Assembly: GCF_036321535.1 (NCBI RefSeq)
Contig: NC_087436.1
Location: 111,416,001 to 111,480,000, forward strand
DNA length: 64,000 nt
DNA from: Camelus dromedarius
Taxonomy: Eukaryota
Reading direction: 5' to 3'
Part shown: piece by piece, positions 37,468 to 50,424 of the stretch
Numbering within the stretch: position 1 is the first letter of the stretch
Layout of the letters: every line of letters begins with the position of its first letter
Notes under the pieces: generated by a model
Databases searched by the model: none
What the model was told of the DNA's origin: nothing
What the model saw: only the letters and a program-made list of their open reading frames with translations
Translations under genes and position numbers: made by a program

Positions 37468-39794
37468 GCTGTGACCACCACCGTGTGTTCTGGTTTGCAT
37501 GAGACAGTCCCCAAGTGTGTACCTGTTGGCTTTCCTAAGTGGTTTGGCATTAACCCTTGTTTCTTTATTTTTAATAAAATACTATTAACAGTGACATTAA
37601 AATAAACAACAGTGGGTTTGGTAGACTTACACTTTGCATTTCTGACTTTTACTATGAACTGCTGCAGTTATATGAAAGAAGCAAATATAGTGATCAGACT
37701 TTTGACTTTAGCCCACAGCTAAATCTGAAAGGCACCGTCATGATGATCCCCTAGTCCTGAGCCTTTTTTGACACAAAGTAACTAACACCTTCTCAAGGAC
37801 AGAAAACAGGATGCTTGGAGAGGAGCAGCTAGGGCTTGCTAACTCTTTTGGTCTTGGGTGGTAGTAGGGTAAGATTCTCATGCTGCCGTCCCTGCTGGTC
37901 AGTGGTTTGTAGGTACCAGAGAGAAGGACTGTGGCTTGTGCCAGGCCTGCAGCTGGCAGGGTCAATGAGAAACTGCAGGTCAAGTGTACGTGAAGTAGGT
38001 GGAGGAAGTGTGTGTATGGCATGTGTAGTATAGTGTGCATGACTTTACTACCAGGGTTTGGTCAGTTGTTGTGTGGTGGAAGCCGCAACTATTTATTTCA
38101 TTGTTTTCTATTTTATAATCATATTTTCATTCATTTAACAGCAATAAGCTTAAAAAAGGGAATGTTTAATGAAAAATTAGAGAATGGATTTTCATTTCTC
38201 AAGAAAGTTGATGATGAAGATTAACTTGTACAAGAAATTTGTTGACATTTATCATCCACTGTCAATGGGGGCCATAGTAGTTCCCCGACCACACAAAGAC
38301 CAGAGGCACAAACGGATTGGAGTATCGGAATCTACTGCAAGTGTTGGTAGTTGTTTTAGTAATGCTGTGGCTGATAAGGGTGAATTAATGTGTGCTGTGG
38401 CAATAGGTGTGTTTGCATGTCACTCTGTGCTGCATGACTCTGTTTGGATAAAGTGACTGCTCTTCTGAATGAAATTTGCTTACTTTCTGTACCAGATTTT
38501 CCTGTGCAATAGACAAAGTAATATGGCAACTGTTAATGGGTTGACTCCATTAAGAAGAACTTTGGAAAGAGTTAAATGGTGCTAACTTTATATTCATGTT
38601 CTTCATGAAATCATGCTTCAACTAGAAAATTAGTTAATTTCTATAATGGTTTGAATTTTTCACCCAATTATTGGAAACTAAATAAATTTGGAAATTCATT
38701 CTATTGAAAGTGAATCATCTGACATATGGTGACTCCTATAAGTTAAGTTCAAAAGTTCAACATTAAAGGTAAAATTTTGTGTATATTTCCCTGTGCTATA
38801 CAGTGTAGTCTATTCTACAATTTATACACAAAATGTTATGATAACTCACAGAGAAAAAAATGTGACAATGAGTGTGTATATGTCCATGAATAACTGAAAA
38901 ATTGTGCTGAACACTGGAATTTGACACAACATTGTAAAATGATTATAAATCAATAAAAAATGTTAAAAAAAGGTAAAATTATTTGTCTTAATGTAGTAAG
39001 ACAAATACAATTTTTGGTGCAATACAATGTCAAGGTAGAGTGATATCTTTACTAAATTTTGAAACCTATGGAGCAATTCTTTTTACTTGGAATTGGTTGT
39101 ATTGTACATATAATTCAAAATTACATTCAGATAAGTCATGACATTCTACTAATTAAAATAGAGTTTTAAATTTTATACATTTTTTGTACATATACAGTTT
39201 GAGTAACCGAACTACACAATTTTTTTGTAATTAAGCTAGTGTCAGATTAAAAAAACCCTCAGCATGTCAAGACATGCCTTGTTTCTTAGCTACTCATTCA
39301 TAATCAGATATTAGAAATGTTTGAATCTACAGACAAGTATCAACTGAAGCTTTCAACAATTTCAAATTTATTAAACATATAATGCAATTTGGAAAATTAG
39401 GGCAAGCAATTTTATGAAATCATTAAAAATGATAAAGCCATTAATTCTTTAGAAAATAACTTTGACATTTTACTGGAGAGAGCTATGGGTAAGGTATTGA
39501 TTGAAGTACTCGATATGTGAAGAGTAATTATTCTGTTTGTTATTTTTAATGTTCAGAAAATCAACATAAAGAAAATTTCCTCCCATTTGGCTCTAAATGG
39601 TCACCAATTACTACTTCTTTTAGAAAAAAATTTGCTTTTGAAGACAGATTTTGAATAGAATGATTTTATAGGTTCACCAATTTAATAAAACCAATTGGTC
39701 AGTAAATAAATAGTTCAAAGATTATACAATTATCACTTTAAAAAATTTACTCTCAAAACGCCCTCGTTGGAAGGAAAGAGTACATGGTCATTTA
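37468..39794 (+). mobile_element. Fossil hAT DNA transposon (Blackjack-like) with a decayed transposase
   Basis: Inverted end cores tgacca (37472-37477) and tggtca (39785-39790). Left end tgttctggtttgcatgagacagtcccc. Transposase-like peptides CAVAIGVFACHSVLHD (~38390-38440) and LLGIGCIVHIIQNYIQISHDIL (39083-39148, hAT CxxH). Confidence 0.75.
38777..38968 (+). mobile_element. Young L1 3' end with 5' inversion
   Basis: Perfect 12-bp TSD aaaggtaaaatt (38765-38776 and 38969-38980), AATAAA plus A-tail, and an inverted 5' segment of about 46 bp. Confidence 0.85.
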
Positions 39795-40859
39795 GGGACG
39801 GGAGTGATCTGTCCCACTGGAATTCCACAAGCTGGGAATGAGAGACGGGGGACTCCTCAAGGGGAAATAAAGGATGACTGCCTGGTGGGCAAAACCAACT
39901 GTGAATACCCAAGTTCCAGATCAGGACGCAGGTCTTCTGACGGCACCCTTGGCGCTCCAGCAGCAAATTTTGTTTTCCGTCCTCTGCTCTTTCGGTTTAC
40001 AGCATTTGTTCCCCTTGGCCCTCTGTCTGCCAGCTCCTCAGGGCGGCTCCAAAGAGCGCTGCCTCCTTCCTTCCTGCCCTGACAGCAGCCAAAAGGTTTC
40101 TTCTTTAAACATCTTTAAAAACTGTAACATGCATATCTCAATTCACTGCAAAACAAACTCATGATGCTTCAGTCACTGTTCTCAGCAACGTGAGTAAACA
40201 CGGAGCAGCGACAGAAGCTCTCAAACGAAGCCTCAAGAAAATGAGGAGACTCTAAAATACTGAATATGTAAGTGGTATATTTCACCAGCTTCTCCCCTCT
40301 CCATCCTGTGGGGTTGCCCCCACCCCATAGTAAGCTGTAGTTGCCAAAGGAAAGTGGACGCTCCATTAATTATAAAGTAAGGGACAAAAGTGAGTATTGA
40401 TCTTAAGCAGTTCCATTCTACTTGTTCAGTATTAATTCAAAGTTATTCCTCTGCTACCACTTCAAAGAAATCTGAGGCACTCTAGAAATAATGTTTAAAA
40501 TATTCACTCAAGGTTAAGTGAACTCAGAGTTGGGCTTCTAGAAGCAAGATATTTAAAAATCTGATCTGGATTTTATGTGAGTGACAAAATGATTTCTGAG
40601 TTTCCTTTAGATCTCGTGGTTCAAGTACTCACCTGCTGATGCGCACACCAGGCGGTGGTCATAGTGTCTGTCTGGGCAGTGCTTGGGGAATGTGCTGCTG
40701 CTTACCCAGAAATCCCTCTTGTGACAGCAACTTCTATTCATTCACTTACTGCCTTATCCCATCACTCTTTCTGAGCACCAGGATCTTGGTGGGATGGGAC
40801 ATCAGCTTAGGTATAATATTATGCCAATCTGGGTCTAATAATATTTTTGGCTATTGCTT

Positions 40860-41095
40860 ATATTATGCTGAGTATATGCAATATATTGTTCTGAATGCTT
40901 TATACATATTAATTCATGTAACCTTTCCTACAGCTTATGAGGGAAATACGATTGTTCACACTTCCATTTTACAGAGGAGGAAACTGTGGTATGAAGATAA
41001 CCTGCCCAAGGTCACACATCTGTAGGTAGAACAGCCAAGATCTTGGCCCAGGCAGCCTAGCTGTGGAGTCTGTGGTCTTAATTGCTACTCTGTTC
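40860..41095 (-). mobile_element. MIR SINE
   Basis: ccattttacagaggaggaaactg...aacctgcccaaggtcacac. Confidence 0.8.
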
Positions 41096-41809
41096 CACAG
41101 CCATACAAATTATCTCTCCTACCTGCAGTAACATCCAAGATGTTCTCTGGTGACTTTAAAATGGTTTAGTTGAGAATTTCCACCCCCGTCCTCTGAAACA
41201 AGCGCTGAACACTGCCAGTGTAAGCATAACTTTATACAATAATTATGATAGAGTGGACTTTTGATATTTATTTTCAATTCTTTTTTCAAAGATCCGCTGA
41301 AAACCTTTATGCAGAAATGGCTAAATCTCTGTTTAGGTCAGTTTTGTATTATATTATCTTAAATTTTTTTAGTGGAATGCATGTAGATGTAGGAGGACCT
41401 CGTTTTCTATCCAAGCTCCACCACTAGTTTCCTGACCAGTGAAATGAGTATATTTACACCAACTTCACAGGGTTGTTGTGGGAGTTAAAAGAGACGGCTG
41501 TTTCTTGCCTCCAGGGACAGTCTACAATTTATTTTTTGCTGTAATTCAATGCCTCATTTAGTGTCTGTTATACCACAGCAGTGTAATAAGTATCAACTGA
41601 AGTGAAGAATGAATGTACCTGGAACCCACTCTATTTCATTAGCCCTCAGAATTCTCTTTCGTATTTTAACTTCTCCGAAATTGGGATATACCCCACAATC
41701 AATGGAATATTACAGTAGATCTCGGCCAGATGGCTGTTGTGTTGTAGTTGTCATTGCTTATAAAGCTATGGACTTGGCTGTTATTCTAGGAGCATTCAAA
41801 GAGCGAACG

Positions 41810-42299
41810 TAAGTCCTGGTTGCCATTTGAATACCTTCCTTTGATAAAAGATGTTTCATCATTGCAGCACCAAAACTTGCAGAGTGGGTGTCAGTGGTTT
41901 GGAAGAATAGCCCCAGAGACAAAAGCACACCCACCACTCTTTAAAGAAATGCTGTATCATCAATGCACTTGACAGCACAGAGGATGATACTACATGTGAA
42001 GGAAAAAATGGACATTCCTATTCTGAGTCAAAAAAGAATTAGAAGAGTTAAACACTGAATGTAAACACCTTAGGCAGTTTATCTTGTGTATGTATTCCTT
42101 TCTGTGTTTGTACAAGAGTGATGTAAGAGTCCATGTTAAGATGAGTCTAAAAAGTACGTTCAGATAAAATTAGGAATGAGAAGTAAGCACTATACTGTTG
42201 AACGGGCAGTGTTCTTTTCTTTTTTAGTGTTGCATATGTTAAAGGGTACAAAACAAGGCACGTTTTACAATAATGCCATGTTAGATTCAAGAAATACAA
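41810..42299 (+). mobile_element. 3' remnant of a Tc1/mariner-superfamily element (pogo/Tc2, Kanga-like)
   Basis: Encodes APKLAEWVSVVWK and SLKKCCIINALDSTEDD (41938-41988), like a pogo/Tc2 transposase C-terminus. Ends ttagattcaagaaatacaa followed by TA. Confidence 0.65.
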
Positions 42300-43024
42300 T
42301 AGTATGAGCTTGATAAATTATAGCTACTAATTATTTTTTTCACTTAATCATTACATGATGGATTTGTAGTGAAAACAGATTCTCTAGTATATATAACCTG
42401 TACATGCAGCCTATTAACATATTTTCCCAGCCAGGAATTTTCTAACAGTTTACTGCCTTCCCACATGTCCTGCTATCAAGGAAGGGTCTATGTGGAGTTC
42501 AGGCCAGAAGTATCAGGCCTGCAGATCATGGTGTGATTCCCTCAAGTGGGACCTATGTGATAAACTTGCCTCCACTTTTCTGAGACCTTAAACATGAGGA
42601 GGTCAATGGTTTCTAACCAAGGGTCTAAGAACATTGTAACATGCACATACAAGTGGTTCAGAAAAACTGTTGGACGTTTACTAACTTGGAGGCAATGAGC
42701 CCACAGTTGGAAGGTTTTATTTCAGTTTAAACTTTGAAAGATATGTTTGCTAAGTATAGAATTCTAGGTTGATACTTTTTTCTTTTAATGTCTTAGAGAT
42801 GTTGCCTCACTTGCGTTGTTTCCAGTGAGAAGTCTGCTCTAATTATCTTTGTTCTTTTGTATTTGATGTGTGTTTTTTTCCCCTCTGGCTGCTTTTAAGA
42901 TTTTAGTATCCTTATCTATTAATTCTCTCATCTGTGTCGTTTCTGGGTCTGTCCCTATTGATCGATTTTTTTCTCCTCTTTATGGGTTGTACATTTCTGT
43001 TTCTCTGCATGCCTAGTAACTTTT

Positions 43025-44319
43025 TTTCATAAAGATGTAATTTTTCAGAGCAGTTTAGTTTTACAATAAAATTGGGAGAAAGATACAGAGACTTCTTGTA
43101 TACCCCTGCCCCTACCACATGCATAGCCTCACCTCCTCATTATCAACATCACTCACCAGAATGGTACATTTATTTATTTATTTATTTATTTTTATCAAGG
43201 ATGAACCTACACTGACAATCATCATCACTCAAAGTCCATAGTTTACCTAAGGGTTCACTCTTGGTGTACATTCCATGGGTTTGGACAAATGTATAATGAC
43301 ATATCTACCATTATAATATACAGAATATTTTCACTGCCCTAGAATTCCTCTGTGCTCTGCCTATTCACCTCTTCCCTTTCCCTGCTTCTCCCCTGGACAA
43401 GCACTGACCTTTTAATTGTACCTCCATAGTTTTGCCTTTTCCAGAATGTGATATAGTTGGAATCATACAGTTTGTAGCCCTCTCAGATTGGCTTTCTTTT
43501 CACTTAATAATATGCATTTAGGATTCCTTCATGTCTTATTAGCTCATTACTTTAATTACTTTAATGCTGAATAATATTCCATTGTCTGGATGTACCACAG
43601 TTTATTTATCCATTCACCTACTGAAGGACATCTTTGTTGCTTCCAAGGTTTGGTGATTATGAATAAAGCAGCAGAAACATCCATGTGCAGGTTTTGTGTA
43701 GACATAAGTTTTCTACTCCTTTGGGTAAATACTAAGGAGTGTGATTCCTAGATCACATGGTTAAGAGTATGTTAATTTTGTTGGTGACTACTAAACTGTC
43801 TTCCAATGTGGCTGTACCATTTTCCACTCTCACCAGCAATGAATGAGAGTTCCTGCTGTTCCGCATCCTCACCATCGTTTGGTGTTGTCAGTGTTCCAGA
43901 TTTTGGCCATTCTAATAGGTGTGTAGTGGTATCTCATTGTTGTCTTAATTTTCATTTCCCTGGTGACATATGATGTAGAGCAGCTTTTCATATGCTTACT
44001 TGCCACCTGTATATCTTCTTTGATGAGGTGTCTGTTGAAGTCTTTGGCCCATTTTTTAGTTATTTGTTTTATCATTAAGAGTTCTTGGCATATTTTGGTT
44101 AACAGTCCTTCATCAGATGTGTCTTTTGCAAATATCTTCTCCTATTTGTGGCTTTTCTTCTAATTCACTTGATATTTTATTTCACAGAGCAGAATTTTTT
44201 CATTTTAATGAAGTCTGGCTATCAGTTATTTGTTTTGTGGATAGTGTTTTGGTATTGTATCTGAAAAGGCATCACCATACCCAAGGTCTTCTAGGTTGCA
44301 TTTAGGTCTATAATCCATT
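43025..44319 (-). mobile_element. L1MC-like element (~1.3 kb) nested in an older L1 (host ~42710-45050)
   Basis: ORF 43869-44075(-) is an L1 ORF2 C-terminus (KWAKDFNRH...TTMRYHYTPIRMAKI). Degenerate TSD catgcctagtaactttt (43008-43024) / catgccaggcaactttt (44320-44336). Confidence 0.85.
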
Positions 44320-45044
44320 CATGCCAGGCAACTTTTGATTGGGTGCCAGACATTGTGATTTTACCTTTTGAGGTGCTAGATATTTTTGTATTTCTGTAAA
44401 CATTCTTGAGCTTTGCTCTGGGATGCAGCTAAGTTATGTGGAAACAGTTTGAGCTTTTCAAAGAGTCTATGTAAACTTTGTTAGGCAGGATGAGAGGAGA
44501 ATTTAGGTCTGACTGCTGAGGCAGTTGCCTTTCTAACCACTCTAGTGATGCCCCATGAAGGGCAAGACTGTGGAAGCAATCTGTCCTTGGCTCTTTCTGG
44601 GTCCTGGTGATGATCCCTCTGCTCCTTTAGAACATTTATTCCCCCTCCTAGTCTCAGGTAGTTTCCTCAAAATCATCAGTTCTCAGCTGAAGAGTTCATG
44701 GGGACCTTGTGCAGGTCTGCAGAACCCTCTCTCTCTCCATCTTTCCGTTTCTCTCTCTCTTTGTGTGTGTGAAGCTCTCTCCTTTCTGGAACTCTGACCT
44801 GCAAACTCCAGCTACCTTGGCCTCCCTGGACTCCTGGATTTATCAACTCAAATCAGAATTACTGGCAGGCTTCTTGTAGCTTTCCCCTCCCTGCACTGCA
44901 GCCTGGAAACTCTCTCCTAGGGGGAATCTGGGGCAATTATAGGGCTTACCCTATTTATTTACACTTTTTCATGGATTACTGTTCTGTGCTGCCTGATGTC
45001 CAAGAAAACTATAATTTCATATGTTGTCAACTTGTTTTAGTTCA

Positions 45045-45430
45045 GGACTTTGGATTTAGAAAAACCTGGATTTGATTCCTGGCTGTAGTGCCTACTATCA
45101 TTTTGACACTGGATTATTTATTTACTGTCACCCTCATTGACTATGTGTCCCCATCTGCAAATTGGGAATGATAACGTCTGCTGTGGAGAGTTATTGAGGG
45201 GATTAATGGAATAATGTAGGTAAAACACAAAAATAGCTGATATGAATTAAGCACTTATGTGCCAGACTCTTTATAAGTATCAAATAATTTAATCCTTGTT
45301 ACAGTCATGAAGTAGGTACTATCATTTTACAGAGAAGGAAACAGAGAGTTTATATAATCAGAATCAATTTTCAAAACCAGGCCATCTGGCTCCAGACCCT
45401 GTGTTCTCAAACATCACCCTTTACTGCCAT
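45045..45430. mobile_element. Two MIRs, tail to tail
   Basis: Forward ccccatctgcaaattgggaatgataa, then reverse cattttacagagaaggaaac. Confidence 0.7.
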
Positions 45431-45669
45431 TCTAGGCATATAACAATCACTCGAGAAATGGTAATTACTATTATCATTCGCTGACTGGAGTATCCAATTT
45501 TTAATTTTTATTAGAAATTACATCATGCTGATAAGAAACCCTAACTGGGTTGTGATGAATGGAAGTGTATAAAAGAAATATTACTTACATAAAGCTCAGA
45601 AATTTAGATATTTCAAACCAAGAGAGCCACTGGGCGATACTTTCTCTTTATTTATGCGGTCCCGATCTT

Positions 45670-45860
45670 AGTATGGGTCTGTGCTATGGTAGACTCATGT
45701 GGCTATTTAAATTAACATTAATTAAAATTCAGTTCATTCCTCAGTGGCACTAGTTACATCTCAAGAGCTCAGTAGCTCCATGTGGCTACTGGCCATCACA
45801 TGACCCCTTAGATACAAGGCATTTCCATCGTCACAGAAAGTTCTCTTGGACAGCACTGGT
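45670..45860. mobile_element. MER3/MER33-like hAT MITE
   Basis: catgtggctatttaaattaa...ttaaaattcagttc...catgtggctactggc...ttggacagcactg. Confidence 0.75.
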
Positions 45861-47914
45861 CCAGGTTCTTATGGTTTCTCACTCATGTTGCCATCTCCTA
45901 AGTGATCTCCAGGCTCTTAGGTTGCCTTCCTTCTTCCTTCAGTAAATATTTACTGAGCATCTCCCATGTGTGAGCTATTGGGGGTGCAACAAAGAACAGA
46001 ATCAGACACCGCCAGTTCTTACAGTCCTTCTCCAGCCTTGACAGTCTCCTACAGATGACATTTCACTGGCTTCCCAGGGCATCTGTTTTAGAATATGAGT
46101 CTGAGTGTGTCTTTCTTCTTGCAATCTTTGAGGAGAACTTCTCTGCTACAAAATAACCTCATTGCTTCTCAGCATGCAGCAAGGTTGTCTAAGATCTGGC
46201 TTCTGCCTCCTCCAGCCCTCAGCCCTCACCAGTCTAGGGGTTCATGGATTGTCTGCCGCCAGGGGCCCTCCTGGGTGCTGTGACTGGCAGTACCAGCCCT
46301 TAAGACCATGCTAAGCTCTGTGCATGCAAAGCCAAATAAGACCAGTCCCTGCCCTCTGAGTCCCCTGACCCACCAAATATAATATATAGTGTGACACACA
46401 TGGTAATGGAAGGAACACAGAGCAGGGAAGTTGAGAGATGCTGTTTACACAGGACCAGTGGCTCGTGGCAGGCTTCTGTCTAAACACAGTGACTGTCACA
46501 CAGTAGACTTTCCATAGATAGTTGTGGAAAAAAGAAGTGCATAATAATTGCTGATAGGCATTGAGCCTGTATCATGTGCCCAGTCCTGTGGTCAGTGGCT
46601 TTACATGCATTTTGTCACTTATTCTGCATAACCACCTGTGAGTTTACTCATCTGTAAAATGGAGACTGAGGTTTCAGGCCCTTGCCCACAGTCACCCTTG
46701 CTAGTAGTTGCTGGAACAGCATATGAATCCAGGATTGTCTGACTCTAAAGCTTGGTCTTCTTATCACCAGGCCAAACTCTTGCCCATTATGAAAGCAGTA
46801 GGGTTTTGTAGGATGAATAGGAGTTTCTTATATGGACAACAAGGGTGATGGGCATTCAAGGTGGAGGGAAAAGCAAAGATGTTTTAAAGGTGAGGCTCAG
46901 AGGGGTTATTTAATTTGCCCTAGGTCACATAGTGGGGATTGAGAGTTTGAAAATGTTTTAGAGAACTCATTAACTGTCAAGGCTGGGGATGATGAAATGA
47001 GAAATGGAAGGTTTTCTCTTTTTTCAATCACTTTTACTCTCCCACTTGCTATGTAAAAGTGAAAGGACTATTGATTGGCAGAGTAGAATGTGCAGTTTGT
47101 AATAAGATCCCCTCTGAAAATCCTTTAAAGTCTCCATAATTAATTTATTTGGGAGGTGAAACAAACTGTGCACGTGAAATGAGTTAAAATTATTAGCAGG
47201 CCTGCACGGGGCACATTGCCTGAGGCTACCTAGCCTGACGCAGGACACCGGGATTCGGGTCCACATACTGTGGCTCCATTGCCCTTGGAATCATTCTCTG
47301 AATCAATTATTGATCACACCGGGGTTCAGGTGGCTGTCTCAGCCACAGCAGCTCAGCTCCGCTATGGCTTCTGCCCCTGTTCTTACCCGGCAGGGTAAAG
47401 CCAGGAGCAGGGGGTGTGGATGGGAGGGCGGGGGCCCTGCAAGTCACGCTGAGCACCCCTACCCCATTCTCCCACATCGCTTCTCTGAGTATATCCAGTG
47501 GAGACATGTGACTGCAGGAACTCAGCCTCTGAGAAGCCTCTTATCGCATGACAAGATAACCTGGCTTAGAAATGATGCATTAAATTCAAGAAGAGGCAAA
47601 ACTAATTTATGCCGATAAAGTCAGAATAGTGTTATCTGGGTGGGAGGCGTGTTGTCTGGAAAAAGGACAAGGGGGACCTTTCTGGGGAGTTAGAAATGTC
47701 TGCCTTGATCCTGATGTTCTCCTAGTGCAGTTAAGGGTTGTGCATTTTATTGTATGTAAATTATACCTTAAAAAAGAAATGAATTGTGTTTTATAACCTG
47801 CCTTGTTTTCTTCCAGTATAGAGAGGTAAATAATAATAATAATAAATAAAATAATGGCTAGCTCTGAGTGCATACTTTATGCTGGGCATTGTTCCAAGAG
47901 TTTGTTAATTTAAA

Positions 47915-48270
47915 AACATTTATTAAGATTTTATTTTTTAAGAGCAGTTTTAGGCTCACAGCAAAATTGAAGTGAAGGTACAGAGATTTCACATATATTT
48001 CCTGCTCCCCTGCCCCTAAATTCTCCCTCCCTTATCAACACCCCCAACCAAAGTGGTACTTTTGTTAAATCTGATGAACCCACACTGACACATCATAATC
48101 ATCCAAAGTCTGTACTTTACAATGGGGCTCATTCTTGGTGTTGTACGTTCTATCGGTTTGGGCAAATGTATAATGACATGCATTCATCACTATGCTATCA
48201 GTTTTTTTACTGCCATAAAAATCTTTTGTTCTCTGCCTATTCATCCTCCCCCTCCCAATTCCAAGCATTA
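47915..48270 (-). mobile_element. L1MC-like 3' end inserted in a MIR
   Basis: ttttaagagcagttttaggctcacagcaaaattga...gatgaacccacactgacacatcataatcatccaaagtc. MIR halves lie on both sides. Confidence 0.8.
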
Positions 48271-50154
48271 AAAAAATCTGTCTAATCCTCATAACAATTC
48301 TATGAGATGAGTTTACTATTAAACCCATTTGACTGATATCGAGGCACAGAAAAGTTAAATAGTAACTTGCCTGAGGTCATACAGTGACAGAGCCAGGGCA
48401 GGGACCTGCCCCTGCTGTTGACAATTATACTCCATTATGTTCCTGTGACCCTCCTCCTGACCCAGGATTTTGTGCAGCTTTGACTTACTGTCCCAAGGGA
48501 GAGTTAGCAGCACCTTGACCTCCAACACCAGGTAGCGAAGCTGTGTTGGGTGAGGGTGGGGGAGAGTTGGATCTGGCGGATGGAGAGGTGACAGTTCTAT
48601 GCTCCGTCCCCCAGACAGGATGCAGTTGACAAGACCTCCAGCAGAGGGACTGCATGGGTGCAAGGGGACTGACACCCAGTACACAGCCTGGACCCAGTTT
48701 CAGCAAAGGTCCAAGACTTGAGTCTGGTGCCGAGGGAGTGAGTGCTCTGAGCAGCAGAGCTGACCACCTCCCATCACACCACGCTGGCTTAGAGAGTGAG
48801 CATGCCAGGGGCCTCCACCAGGGCCTGAGGGCCTGAGGTCCTGAGGCACCTCCCCAGGTTTCCTGCTAAAGCCCTGGGACCCTCATATGTCCAAGTGAGG
48901 GTAAGCCAGTCACCCAAAGACTGGGATTAGAATTCCCATCAACGCTGAGATATAAAATAAGAAATACACTTTATCTGAGTGTCACAGAAAAAGTCATATG
49001 GGTTACATGGTTTTACAAAGTATTTTTTAACAAATTCCATCATCATTTAATCTTGACAACAACCCTGTGAGAGAAGGGTTATCATTCTCACTTGACAGAT
49101 CTGGAGAGAATGCAAGCTTTAAGAGGTGGATAGTGGCTGAGGCAATGCTGAAATCCAGGAGCCTAACTCCAAATCCATTGCTTGCTTTCTTATACCACAG
49201 TGTCAAAGGCATCCTTTGAGGAGACAAAAGAATGGCCCTAAGGTGTCCCACGGGAAATTATCTTGCTACAGTGCTAACTCTAAAGGAGGCTGCCACAAAG
49301 CTCTTTTAACAGAAAGGCTCAACAACCAAGTGAAGATACTTGAATCACGTGGTTTAGTGTAGGAATTTAAAACATGTAATGCAAAGCAAGAGGAACAAGG
49401 TGGATAGTGTTGTGCTTAGGACAGGGAGCAAGGAGGGGAGAAGGGCCACATTGCTTGAACCCTGGTTTACATGGTGCCCTATGTCCCATCTCTGTCTGCT
49501 ACATCAGCCTTCCCTGCTGGTGGAATTGTTACAAGGAACAGAGGTGAGGCTGAAGAGGGAGCTTGACAAATGAAAGGTGCCTGGAGCCAACACAGTGTGT
49601 TTGCTCTATTGGAGAGATGCAAGGACATTTTCGTCTGCCCCGTGATTGTAGCTCACCAGTTACCCTGATGAGCAGCTAGGGCTTTATTTGGCAGAGGACT
49701 CGTGGGGCCAGAATGGGAGTCACCAGTGGGTGTCTGAGTTAAGGCTTCAGGAATGCTGAGCACCTCATGTATATTGACTGGATTATGAGGATTTGGAACC
49801 TCAGGTGCCTCCTGCATATTTAGCGAGTCACGAATATTTGATGCCTCTTGGTCTTTCATCCCTTTTCATGTTCAGCACACACATGCTCTGCTTACTTCAT
49901 CTGTGCCAACGTGTCTCCATATATAACCAACTTATTTATATATACTTCAGACACCTAATGAATTCTGCCTGTGTCTCACATTTGCTTCTAAACTTAGTTT
50001 CATTTATTCTCCTTGCTTGTGTTTCTGATTTTACCTAGCAGGACTGAATATCTTAAATAGCATAGCAAACACGTTACAGGAGTAGCGTGTGTAGGGAAGT
50101 CATATCTTTGTGGTGACCAGAAAGTAGGAACCATTTGGACTAAAGGCTATGCAG

Positions 50155-50385
50155 AGGCAGTCAGATACAGGGAATGTGTATGATTTTTGGAGTGAGACCT
50201 GGGCTTGGGCCCAGCCCCATCACTGCTTGGGGCAGGTTCTTAACTTTGCTGACCTTCTGTTCCCTCATATAAAAAGGGTATAAATACATTTACCTCCTAT
50301 CATTGTGTGAAGATTTAATAAGATAGTGTATTAAGCATCATTAGCACAAGCCCTGGCATCCAGCAAGTGCTCAGTAATGTAGTTT
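50155..50385 (+). mobile_element. MIR SINE
   Basis: cttggggcaggttcttaac...tttacctcctatcattgtgtgaagatttaa...ctggcatccagcaagtgctcagtaa. Confidence 0.7.
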
Positions 50386-50424
50386 TAGACTCGGATGGAG
50401 GATTCACCTCCTTCCTATGCCTCT

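Noticed and set aside
38184..38456. 90-aa ORF as a domesticated transposase gene
   Set aside because: Only part is in the transposase frame. The surrounding sequence has stops, frameshifts and an L1 insertion.
43869..44075. L1 ORF2-like ORFs (also 11394-11645 and 51193-51396)
   Set aside because: Short remnants of truncated L1 copies, not host genes or active elements.
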